The notes under the pieces: model-generated | What the model saw: the letters and a program-made list of their open reading frames with translations, nothing else | Told to the model about the DNA's origin: nothing | Database searches by the model: none | Virus record (IMG/VR): IMGVR_UViG_3300020045_001508 | Span: 1-37,130 of that record | Strand: one strand, 5' to 3' | DNA from: a virus | Lineage: Duplodnaviria > Caudoviricetes | DNA length: 37,130 bases | In this document: positions 26,580 to 33,561 of the stretch, piece after piece | Numbering within the stretch: the first letter of the stretch is position 1 | How the letters are laid out: the number at the start of each line of letters is the position of its first letter | Translations under genes and position numbers: made by a program

Positions 26580-26887
26580 TTCGCTCTCCCGATTACTGGC
26601 AAATTCACAGGTGGCAATGTAAAGTCTTCAAGTTGGATTGATGGCTCATAAAACCTTTTATTTATAAAATATTTAAACTCAGATTCACCATCAACTAACT
26701 CCATTTTTTTATTCCTGTAACATAGCGATATGTAACAAACTGCACTCTCAGGCCATACTCCTATCGTAAAATCATTGTATGTTTTAATAGGAGGGTCAAA
26801 CATTTGTGCGACATCCACCTCAAGTTTATTTTGGTATTTTGATATAAAGCTATCAAAGTCTTCTTTAGATACGCTAATCCATTCCAT
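26576..26887 (-). CDS. Hypothetical protein
   Basis: MEWISV start; coupled to neighbours. Confidence 0.6.
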   Translation of the reverse strand: MEWISVSKEDFDSFISKYQNKLEVDVAQMFDPPIKTYNDFTIGVWPESAVCYISLCYRNKKMELVDGESEFKYFINKRFYEPSIQLEDFTLPPVNLPVIGRAK

Positions 26888-27263
26888 TATTCGCTCACTT
26901 TAATATTTAACGCTCTGCGTATTACTGATTGCACAGCTAATGTTGAATGTTTTGCACAATGTTTTAATGCGGCTCTTTGCTCGGTTACTTGCATTTTCAA
27001 AGCCTCATTCTCCGCCTTCACCTCTTTAGCTACGTTTGCCAACTCAGAAAGCATCGGCTTTTCATTTACACCAAGTGCTATACGAATATCAGCTATTACA
27101 CCAAGTAAAATATAGTTTTCTTGCTCTGCGTAAGATTCGGCAAAGGCTTGGAGTTGTGGCTCAATATCAATCCACGAACCGTTAGAATGTTTAACAATTA
27201 AACCGCCAAAAATTGGGTGGGGATTAAAACCACACTCAACCGCCAATTTTTCAATATCCATCA
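26887..27263 (-). CDS. Hypothetical modular (Ea/Eae-region type) protein
   Basis: MMDIEKLAVECGF...LQAFAE; coiled-coil C-terminus; start approximate. Confidence 0.55.
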
Positions 27264-27330
27264 TCGCTCCCTGCACCAGCACATCCAATTACTATAACTA
27301 TGCCAATAATTATGCAAAATGTTAAAAAAC

Positions 27331-27606
27331 TCATACCTCAACCTCCAATAAAGCTTTAAGCACCGCAACAATAACAGCCTGTTCGCGTGTGGGGTGGTTG
27401 GAATATGTTTCATTAATTGCAATATATTCATTAGTTTTATAGATTGATGCTTTGACAAGACTTCCTAAATTCTCAATGTCAACCATATGCTCAATCGCCA
27501 AGCGCATTACGGTTGCAAGTATCTTGCTTGATGTGAACATACATATATCAATGCCAAACTTCTCAGCAACACGCTGGCTTAACTCTTGCAATTCTTGGTT
27601 AGTCAT
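27331..27606 (-). CDS. Hypothetical phage protein
   Basis: ORF in coupled leftward operon. Confidence 0.55.
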   Translation of the reverse strand: MTNQELQELSQRVAEKFGIDICMFTSSKILATVMRLAIEHMVDIENLGSLVKASIYKTNEYIAINETYSNHPTREQAVIVAVLKALLEVEV

Positions 27607-27812
27607 TTTTCACCTCGTATTCTCTTAATTGCTTCACTGTAATATTCGTTTTGCTCGTGGTATCTACGTTTACCTTCTGCCCAACTGATATTTTTTTGGG
27701 CGTATTTGATTGCATCCTCTGCAACCTTCAAGCGCTCCTCTAAATCAGCATTCTTTGATTTTAAAATGTCAATTTGCTCACCAGTTACAATGAGACTATG
27801 TGGGTTTATCAT
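27603..27812 (-). CDS. Hypothetical protein (EERLKVAEDA module)
   Basis: Coupled ORF; shares 29 bp with the next gene. Confidence 0.6.
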   Translation of the reverse strand: MINPHSLIVTGEQIDILKSKNADLEERLKVAEDAIKYAQKNISWAEGKRRYHEQNEYYSEAIKRIRGEK

Positions 27813-27922
27813 TGCATGCCTCGCATTTTGCTAAGTGCTTCAAGCGCTACAAAGCCATATCCAGCATTAGTTTGCTTTGCGTAGTATTTCAAAGCATCCT
27901 CTGCAACCTTCAAGCGCTCCTC
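27712..27922. repeat. 29-bp exact direct repeat (27712-27740 and 27894-27922)
   Basis: gcatcctctgcaaccttcaagcgctcctc occurs twice. Confidence 0.9.
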
Positions 27923-28033
27923 GTATTGGGCGGCGCAAGCTTGCCAAATCTCAAAGGGCTTACACTCCAAATCTATTTCCCATTTATTTTTCCACCAAGC
28001 TTCAAATCTATCGCGCTCAGTCATATCATTCAC
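27809..28033 (-). CDS. Hypothetical protein (ERDRFEAWW...WQA plus EERLKVAEDA module)
   Basis: Motif common in lambdoid accessory genes. Confidence 0.6.
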   Translation of the reverse strand: MNDMTERDRFEAWWKNKWEIDLECKPFEIWQACAAQYEERLKVAEDALKYYAKQTNAGYGFVALEALSKMRGMQ

Positions 28034-28613
28034 CTTTATTCATTTCAGCTAAAACACAGCTAATTAAATCTTCATTGTCAAAATTTTCTTGCGTACTTCC
28101 TTCATCGCTTGTCAATCTATTAACAGATGTTTGAGCCGACTTTAACGCTTCAATCAGCCTTTGCTTGCCTGCTTCAAGCCCATCAACCTTCCCCTGTAAC
28201 TGCACGTTAATCCGTTTAAGCTCACCTAGTTTTAGGTCATCAGTGAATTTTAATTTTGCTTCAAGCTCGGCAATTTTGGCTTGGGCATCGGGTGGCGTTG
28301 TGTAGAGTGGTTCGTTTGGTATTTGCTCAAATACTCTATCCAAAGCACATTCCCAACCGTAAAGCATCGCTTCGTATCTATTTGTTATATTTCTATCTTC
28401 AAGACCACACCCCATAGCTTCGCTATTGTAGTTAGGAGCCTCAATAGTAAGAGGCTCACACACAACTTGTGGCGCTAATTGCGGTTTAATGTAAAGTTTA
28501 GTCCCCGCTGGTAAATCCTCTGTAAGTTTTGGATTCCACTCTACAGACATATCGTATTGAACTCTTGCAACGTCTTCACATGGCACTTCGGTTGATATTT
28601 TGTAATTTGTCAT
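28026..28613 (-). CDS. Eaa/Ea22-region-like modular protein
   Basis: GTKLY..P and EPLYTTPP motifs plus coiled coil. Confidence 0.6.
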   Translation of the reverse strand: MTNYKISTEVPCEDVARVQYDMSVEWNPKLTEDLPAGTKLYIKPQLAPQVVCEPLTIEAPNYNSEAMGCGLEDRNITNRYEAMLYGWECALDRVFEQIPNEPLYTTPPDAQAKIAELEAKLKFTDDLKLGELKRINVQLQGKVDGLEAGKQRLIEALKSAQTSVNRLTSDEGSTQENFDNEDLISCVLAEMNKGE

Positions 28614-28617
28614 AATG

Positions 28618-28875
28618 TTAATCCTTATTTAGCGCACGAATTTCGTTTGCTATTTCAATTATCGTTAATTTACGAGCAGAGCATTTATCCATAGAGGAAT
28701 CCCAGTCATCTACGTTTTCTGTCAATTTTTCTGCAATCTTTGCGCACTCCTCACGCACAGCCTTAACATACTCGACAACGTCTGAGTATTTGACGTAATC
28801 GCCTTTTTCATCTTGTCGCATAATATAGCCGTCTCTCATGCTGATAACTTGGACATATCTTTGAATTTTCATCAT
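28618..28875 (-). CDS. Hypothetical protein
   Basis: GDYVKYSD, REECAKIAE, ANEIRA motifs typical of phage accessory proteins. Confidence 0.6.
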   Translation of the reverse strand: MMKIQRYVQVISMRDGYIMRQDEKGDYVKYSDVVEYVKAVREECAKIAEKLTENVDDWDSSMDKCSARKLTIIEIANEIRALNKD

Positions 28876-29246
28876 TCTTCCACCATTTCAACGGTTTCTT
28901 CTACAAAGCGGATAAATTGATAGCGTGGCAAAATAACTTTAAAGTGTGATTTAGTGTATTTGATACTTGTACATTCAAATTTACCTGATGGATGTTTATA
29001 TACTACATGCCCTTTCTCCACCAACTTCTTAGGCTTTTGGTAAGCGTGGGCAGGGATGTCGAATGGTTGCCAGAAGAGTGTTGTATATGCGTGACATTCA
29101 AGAGCTTTACCATTTGTCATATAACTATTAAATTTGGTTTTAATAGGATAAGTATGGTCATTACGTATTTCAATAATTTCACATCCGCCATGTCTGTTGT
29201 CCCAAACCTTATCGCCAACCTCAATATCATGTCCGTGTAGTTTCAT
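28872..29246 (-). CDS. Hypothetical phage protein
   Basis: VGDKVWD...YPI...Y..NG motif. Confidence 0.6.
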   Translation of the reverse strand: MKLHGHDIEVGDKVWDNRHGGCEIIEIRNDHTYPIKTKFNSYMTNGKALECHAYTTLFWQPFDIPAHAYQKPKKLVEKGHVVYKHPSGKFECTSIKYTKSHFKVILPRYQFIRFVEETVEMVEE

Positions 29247-29257
29247 TTTTTTAGTCC

Positions 29258-29476
29258 TTAAATAGGCTCTCTGTTTTTAATTAACAAATCCCATTTATCA
29301 AAAGCTCTTTGCCATGATTGGTAGATTGTTAGTGGCATTTTTATCTTTTTTAATTTCTTAATAAATCCAAACCAAGTTGTTTCTATGGTCAAAATAAATA
29401 TGACTTCTTCAGAATTTAATGCGGAGTACTCACTTTCACGCTCATAACTTAATAATCTGCTTATTTTTAGTTTCAT
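29258..29476 (-). CDS. Hypothetical protein
   Basis: Likely start MKLKISRLL after a GGAG RBS. Confidence 0.5.
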   Translation of the reverse strand: MKLKISRLLSYERESEYSALNSEEVIFILTIETTWFGFIKKLKKIKMPLTIYQSWQRAFDKWDLLIKNREPI

Positions 29477-29571
29477 CTCACACTCCAATCTCTCAAAACA
29501 CACCATCCTGCAATCACAAACGCAAGTAGGATAATTAGTAGGGTTAGGTCTTCTAGGTTGGTTTGTTTCAT
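29473..29571 (-). CDS. Small membrane peptide (32 aa, not in track)
   Basis: MKQTNLEDLTLLIILLAFVIAGWCVLRDWSVR; GAGG RBS right after the tRNA. Confidence 0.5.
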   Translation of the reverse strand: MKQTNLEDLTLLIILLAFVIAGWCVLRDWSVR

Positions 29572-29585
29572 AATTTCCTCAATTC

Positions 29586-29660
29586 TGGTGCGCCTTCTGG
29601 AATCGAACCCTGTCCTGACGGTTATGAGCCGACTGCTCTTACCAAATGAGCTAAAGGCGC
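29586..29660 (-). tRNA. tRNA with CAU anticodon, Ile2-like, with an imperfect T-stem
   Basis: GCGCCTT/AAGGCGC acceptor stem plus ACCA, D-arm GCTC/GAGC, anticodon loop CTCATAA, TTCGATT loop; C4:G69 and C5:G68 as in Ile2. Confidence 0.75.
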
Positions 29661-29677
29661 TTTAATGTTAAATTCAT

Positions 29678-29793
29678 AATCCAATACGCGCTGAGAGCCA
29701 GAACTTTAAACTCATAGGAATGCTCGCGTATCAGGTTAGAAACTCGTAACTGCGATTAGCCATTTAAAGGCTATTTCTAACTACCTTGCAAGG
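29678..29793 (-). ncRNA. Putative structured RNA upstream of the tRNA
   Basis: Three-way junction closed by gttagaaa/tttctaac, plus an atacgcg/cgcgtat stem; non-coding. Confidence 0.4.
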
Positions 29794-29797
29794 ATTC

Positions 29798-29926
29798 TTA
29801 ACCAATCACAAAATAACCAATAATTAATATAATACAGCCAACGTAAGCCAATGTACAAAGCAATTCTTCTTTACTTGGCATTTCGTCTTCTACTCGGTTG
29901 TTTTTCATGTCTTTGTCAAGCATCAT
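29798..29926 (-). CDS. Small membrane peptide (42 aa, not in track)
   Basis: MMLDKDMKNNRVEDEMPSKEELLCTLAYVGCIILIIGYFVIG; AGGAG RBS. Confidence 0.55.
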   Translation of the reverse strand: MMLDKDMKNNRVEDEMPSKEELLCTLAYVGCIILIIGYFVIG

Positions 29927-29932
29927 AATCTC

Positions 29933-30163
29933 CTAAAATAATCTCACACCTGTGGCGTCACTTCCGAAAATAGCATCAAACTTTTTGTTCATGCGCTTTT
30001 TAGCTTCAAAGCTTAATCTTGCCATTGTTTCTTGAGTGATTTCAATGCCTTCGTTTTCAGCCAACTCAATCACACTATCAACGTTTTGATATTGCCAGCT
30101 ACGTGCGATTTCCATTGCTTGTTTATATTCTTCCGTCATGTCAATCATTTTAAACTCCTTCAA
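29933..30163 (-). CDS. Hypothetical protein
   Basis: ORF in leftward operon; true start probably MIDMT at about 30148. Confidence 0.55.
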   Translation of the reverse strand: MKEFKMIDMTEEYKQAMEIARSWQYQNVDSVIELAENEGIEITQETMARLSFEAKKRMNKKFDAIFGSDATGVRLF

Positions 30164-30332
30164 TTAAAGTTAAGCCAAGATTATCACAATGCTTTCTAGC
30201 TGTTTCATCGTTGCAATAGATAGTTAATTCAAATTTATCTCTGCCAACATGATATTTAAACTTTTGATGACGCGCTTTGTCTGTTCTATATGTTGTTTTT
30301 AAATAATCTTTTAACTCAATAAACGCTTCCAT
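30150..30332 (-). CDS. Hypothetical protein
   Basis: AAGGAG RBS; first gene after the promoter at 30355-30391. Confidence 0.6.
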   Translation of the reverse strand: MEAFIELKDYLKTTYRTDKARHQKFKYHVGRDKFELTIYCNDETARKHCDNLGLTLIEGV

Positions 30333-30354
30333 GTAAAACTCCTTGTTAGTTAAT

Positions 30355-30391
30355 GTTTAATAATATTAAATCAATTTATTGCAAATGTAAA
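30355..30391 (-). promoter_or_regulatory. Leftward sigma70-type promoter with palindrome over -10
   Basis: TTTACA-17-TAATAT; near-copy of 33330-33366. Confidence 0.65.
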
Positions 30392-30400
30392 CAATTATTT

Positions 30401-30646
30401 TCAATAAAAACAATATTCACCAAATTCAAATATTATTTTATACGCTCTTAATTGTTTTTCACAAGTAACATAAATATCATTTTGTAAAACTTGGGCAATC
30501 CATATTGGTTTTACACATTGCGCATCAATCATTAACACATATCTATTTTTATTTGTATGAAACTCATATTTTTTATTTTGGCGATATGTAAAAATCCAAT
30601 CTTTTTTGCCTAATCTTTTTACTGTTGCAATCACAATATTCTCCAT
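30401..30646 (-). CDS. Hypothetical protein
   Basis: Likely start MENIVIAT; very AT-rich. Confidence 0.5.
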   Translation of the reverse strand: MENIVIATVKRLGKKDWIFTYRQNKKYEFHTNKNRYVLMIDAQCVKPIWIAQVLQNDIYVTCEKQLRAYKIIFEFGEYCFY

Positions 30647-30647
30647 T

Positions 30648-30818
30648 TTAAAACACAGTTTCAACAATTTGCAAAGTTCCAATTACGCCACTTTTGCTTG
30701 ACAATATCTTAGTAAATGAATCTGTGCGGTTTGCTAAGTATTGGATTGTTGCGCGGTTAAGCTCTGAGTATGACAGGCCGACTGTGAACGGTAACTTGAA
30801 AGGATAGTGGCTACGCAT
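30648..30818 (-). CDS. Hypothetical protein (56 aa, not in track)
   Basis: MRSHYPFKLPFTVGLSYSELNR...; fills the gap between coupled ORFs. Confidence 0.45.
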   Translation of the reverse strand: MRSHYPFKLPFTVGLSYSELNRATIQYLANRTDSFTKILSSKSGVIGTLQIVETVF

Positions 30819-31026
30819 AAGTATCAAAATATCCTGTTCTACATAATTCTGTTATTGCTGGCACATCATTTTCTAAAAATGGCATTAAGTTAGTTGTATC
30901 AGTTGTTAGTTCAATCGAATCAATCTCAATTCCCCAGTAACTAGGCTCTTCACGCGTTGCTTTTTCGTGAGTAACAGTGCCGTAAACGTCTAACTTAATG
31001 CCTAAATATTCTACTGTTAAGACCAT
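30811..31026 (-). CDS. Hypothetical phage protein
   Basis: Start MVLTVEYLG after AAAGGA RBS; EKATREEP...IEIDSI motif. Confidence 0.6.
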   Translation of the reverse strand: MVLTVEYLGIKLDVYGTVTHEKATREEPSYWGIEIDSIELTTDTTNLMPFLENDVPAITELCRTGYFDTYA

Positions 31027-31038
31027 TATGTTTCCTTT

Positions 31039-31093
31039 CGTTTGCGTTGTTGATGTAGTTATAATATCACAATAAAAACAAAAGTAAACACTT
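31039..31093 (-). promoter_or_regulatory. Leftward promoter cassette sharing 28 bp with 36744-36771
   Basis: aagtgTTTACT-16-TATTAT (extended TG) followed by aactacatcaacaacgcaaacg. Confidence 0.7.
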
Positions 31094-31107
31094 TTCTGCA
31101 AAATAAT

Positions 31108-31290
31108 TTAAATATTTTCTTTTAATTTAAATTTAAGCAACTCAAGCTTAGACGTTGGAATATCTCTTGATGACGCACAGCGCCAAATCCTAACGGTCAT
31201 TTTTGAAACATTTAAAAGATTTGCCACGTTCCATGCTGTGATATTGTATTTTTCCATTAGGGTTAAAAGTTCTTGTCGATTAGTTTTCAT
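31108..31290 (-). CDS. Small HTH DNA-binding protein
   Basis: TAWNVANLLNVSKMTVRIWR...IP. Confidence 0.75.
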   Translation of the reverse strand: MKTNRQELLTLMEKYNITAWNVANLLNVSKMTVRIWRCASSRDIPTSKLELLKFKLKENI

Positions 31291-31350
31291 TTATATATCA
31301 CCCATCCTTTTAACGGTTTTTTAGTTTTTTTGCTAATTTTTCCATTTTCT

Positions 31351-31587
31351 TTATAGCATTGAACACTCATACTTTTTGCATTTAACTTGTTGCTTACATA
31401 GCGCGATAAATTCATAGCAAAATTGAGGCGCGTCAAAGTTTTGGCTGCATGGCTTTGCCTTCATCTTTTTGTAATAATATTCGATGCCTTCTTTTTCTTC
31501 AAATTCTGTTTTACCAGCCAAATAATCTTGCTTATATTTAAATTTTGCCATTTCTTCAGTAACGCCTATTACTCTAAATGCTCCCAT
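31351..31587 (-). CDS. Hypothetical protein (possibly 3'-truncated)
   Basis: GGAGG RBS; the frame stays open for 21 codons after the TAA. Confidence 0.55.
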   Translation of the reverse strand: MGAFRVIGVTEEMAKFKYKQDYLAGKTEFEEKEGIEYYYKKMKAKPCSQNFDAPQFCYEFIALCKQQVKCKKYECSML

Positions 31588-31663
31588 TTTAGCCTCCGTT
31601 AATTTTATAAATATTCCACTCTTCGCGCCATCTTTTCATTAAATGCAGGCTTTTTATTTTAAA

Positions 31664-32113
31664 TCAGAAGGGGATGTCTTGAGATAGTCCGTCCATAGCA
31701 TCAAAATCACTATCAGGCGTCATTTCTTGAGCCTTAGACGCATTATTTTTGCTATCTGATGTGCTAGTATCACTTTGAGTATTTTTACTGCCTAGCATCT
31801 GCATAACGTCACATAAAGCCTCAGTTGTATATCGTTCTTGACTTTCTTTGGTTTGCCACTTTCTAGTTTGCAATCGACCTTCTAAATATACGGAACTGCC
31901 TTTTTTAAGGTATTCTCCAGCAATCTCAGCAAGTTTGCGATACATAACGATGTTATGCCATTCAGTTTTTTCTTGTTTTGCTCCGCTTTTATCTTTCCAT
32001 GTCTCAGTCGTTGCTATGCTAAAATTTGCAACTGCTTCTCCGTTTTGCATATAACGAATTTCTGGGTCTTTTCCTAAATTTCCTAATAGAATTACTTTGT
32101 TTACTGATGCCAT
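31664..32113 (-). CDS. ssb: Single-stranded DNA-binding protein
   Basis: [18 protein letters not shown]...EWH...DIPF. Confidence 0.97.
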   Translation of the reverse strand: MASVNKVILLGNLGKDPEIRYMQNGEAVANFSIATTETWKDKSGAKQEKTEWHNIVMYRKLAEIAGEYLKKGSSVYLEGRLQTRKWQTKESQERYTTEALCDVMQMLGSKNTQSDTSTSDSKNNASKAQEMTPDSDFDAMDGLSQDIPF

Positions 32114-32125
32114 TTGTTTATTCTC

Positions 32126-32755
32126 CTAAAATTTATGTGTGTTACCAATTAAGTCAACTACTTCATTAAAATACTTTTGCGCTGCTTCAACTTTTTGCAC
32201 GATTTTTGCTTCAATATCCATATCACGCTCGTAAGGTACAATTGTTAATCGCATCGCTTCGTCAATATGGTCAACTTGGTGCAATTCTGGCTGTTCATAG
32301 CGCATTAAGTCTTCAGGTGTTGAAAGCATAACATAAGCATTTTCAAAAAAATCCATATTATAAAGCATCATGTACGCACGGCCTTGATATTCATAATCTT
32401 TGCTAATTCCATCCTCTGAAATCGCTGGGAAGGTCGCTAAAGACCACGAGCATTTAATATCAATAATCTTATCCATAGTTAAAATGTCGCATGTACCTAT
32501 AAGCCAATCATTTTCCTTTGTCCACTGATTTTTTTTGCAATTTGTAAACATTACACGATTATACAATTCAATTGCCTCATCTTCTAGCTGGATGCCTTTA
32601 TCCATGTATTTTGATGTAATTTGCTCACGGTAGCCGTAGACAAATTCTTTCGCCAATTTCTTAACATAAGTCTTGGCTCCTTCTGACAATGTTTCTGTTT
32701 TTAACTTAGGCTCAGTCATAATTTTACCTAAGCTTGATGGGTGTATTTTTAACAT
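32126..32755 (-). CDS. Lambda-exonuclease/YqaJ-like PD-(D/E)XK nuclease
   Basis: KGIQLEDEAI, GTCDI...IDIKCSW, YEYQGRAYM. Confidence 0.85.
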   Translation of the reverse strand: MLKIHPSSLGKIMTEPKLKTETLSEGAKTYVKKLAKEFVYGYREQITSKYMDKGIQLEDEAIELYNRVMFTNCKKNQWTKENDWLIGTCDILTMDKIIDIKCSWSLATFPAISEDGISKDYEYQGRAYMMLYNMDFFENAYVMLSTPEDLMRYEQPELHQVDHIDEAMRLTIVPYERDMDIEAKIVQKVEAAQKYFNEVVDLIGNTHKF

Positions 32756-32758
32756 AAT

Positions 32759-33307
32759 TTATCCTAAAATTGACTCTAAAACTGTTTTATCTTGCTCAGG
32801 TGTTAAATCAAAGTTTTCTGCTAATTGCTCAATCGTATATTCTTTAGCTTTAATTTTTACAATTGCAGCTTTCAATCTTTCATCTGTAATCTTTTGCTTT
32901 TCTTTAGGCTTGATGCTTAACTTAACATTTTGATGCTCATCTGTATCGGCATCTTTTGTGTCATCAATAGCAAATAAACCGTTCAAAGCATATTTTCGAG
33001 CGTATGATGAGGCCGTGCCAGTAATTTGGCTTGCGTCCATTCCCTTTTTATTTTCTTCTTCACGAGCAAAAGCTGTAGATGAAGCGATGATTTTTTCATC
33101 TGAATAAACAATCACAGTAGCTTTAACATAAACCCTATCAAGAACTGCTACAACTTCGTCAAACATATTCAAATAGTAATTGTATTTCATAAGCACTGGC
33201 TTAACAGCTTCTACAATATCTTCACATGAACGATATTTGTATTTTCCAAAAGAATTAAACTGCCCTTTAGGGGCTTTAAGCTCAGCTTGAATTTTTTGCA
33301 TACTCAT
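32759..33307 (-). CDS. erf: ERF-family single-strand annealing recombinase
   Basis: LKAPKGQFNSFGKYKYRSCEDI, QITGTASSYARKYALNGLFAIDDTKDAD. Confidence 0.92.
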   Translation of the reverse strand: MSMQKIQAELKAPKGQFNSFGKYKYRSCEDIVEAVKPVLMKYNYYLNMFDEVVAVLDRVYVKATVIVYSDEKIIASSTAFAREEENKKGMDASQITGTASSYARKYALNGLFAIDDTKDADTDEHQNVKLSIKPKEKQKITDERLKAAIVKIKAKEYTIEQLAENFDLTPEQDKTVLESILG

Positions 33308-33329
33308 TTTGCTTCCTTTCTTTGTTAAA

Positions 33330-33366
33330 GTTTAACAATATTAAACCATTTATTTTTAATTGTAAA
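33330..33366 (-). promoter_or_regulatory. Main leftward promoter with palindromic putative operator
   Basis: TTTACA-17-TAATAT; GTTTAA-N5-TTAAAC palindrome at 33330-33346. Confidence 0.65.
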
Positions 33367-33431
33367 CATTTATTTTTGATTTATCTGAAATATTTTTTAA
33401 TTTTATATGTTGTTTTAGTAACATAGTGGTG

Positions 33432-33561
33432 TATAATTATTTTTAGTGACGTTAGTAATAGTGTGAGTCAGACACTTATATTGCTAACCTCATTGAGGCT
33501 AAGCCACGTTTTTTCGATACTGACTCTATCGGGATACGTGGCTTTTTTATGGAGAAAACAA
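33432..33561 (+). promoter_or_regulatory. Rightward -10 box and structured kissing-loop leader of the rep gene
   Basis: TATAAT at 33432-37; hairpins 33451-88 and 33501-44 with complementary loops; T-run follows the second hairpin. Confidence 0.65.

Noticed and set aside
26087-26655. ttgatgg.tc..ataaaa similarity around the minus-strand HNH as a target duplication
   Set aside because: Short, gapped and AT-rich, and it does not coincide with the gene's 5' boundary.
29586-29660. tRNA as an attP site
   Set aside because: No integrase is present, and the divergent 3' half is unlikely to match a host tRNA.
29688-29745. Hammerhead ribozyme (ctgagag...gaaa)
   Set aside because: The CUGANGA core and flanking stems cannot be assembled on either strand.
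33463-33561. N-terminal extension of Rep given in the ORF track
   Set aside because: This is the structured leader; the conserved start MAERRM with a GGAG RBS is at 33562.
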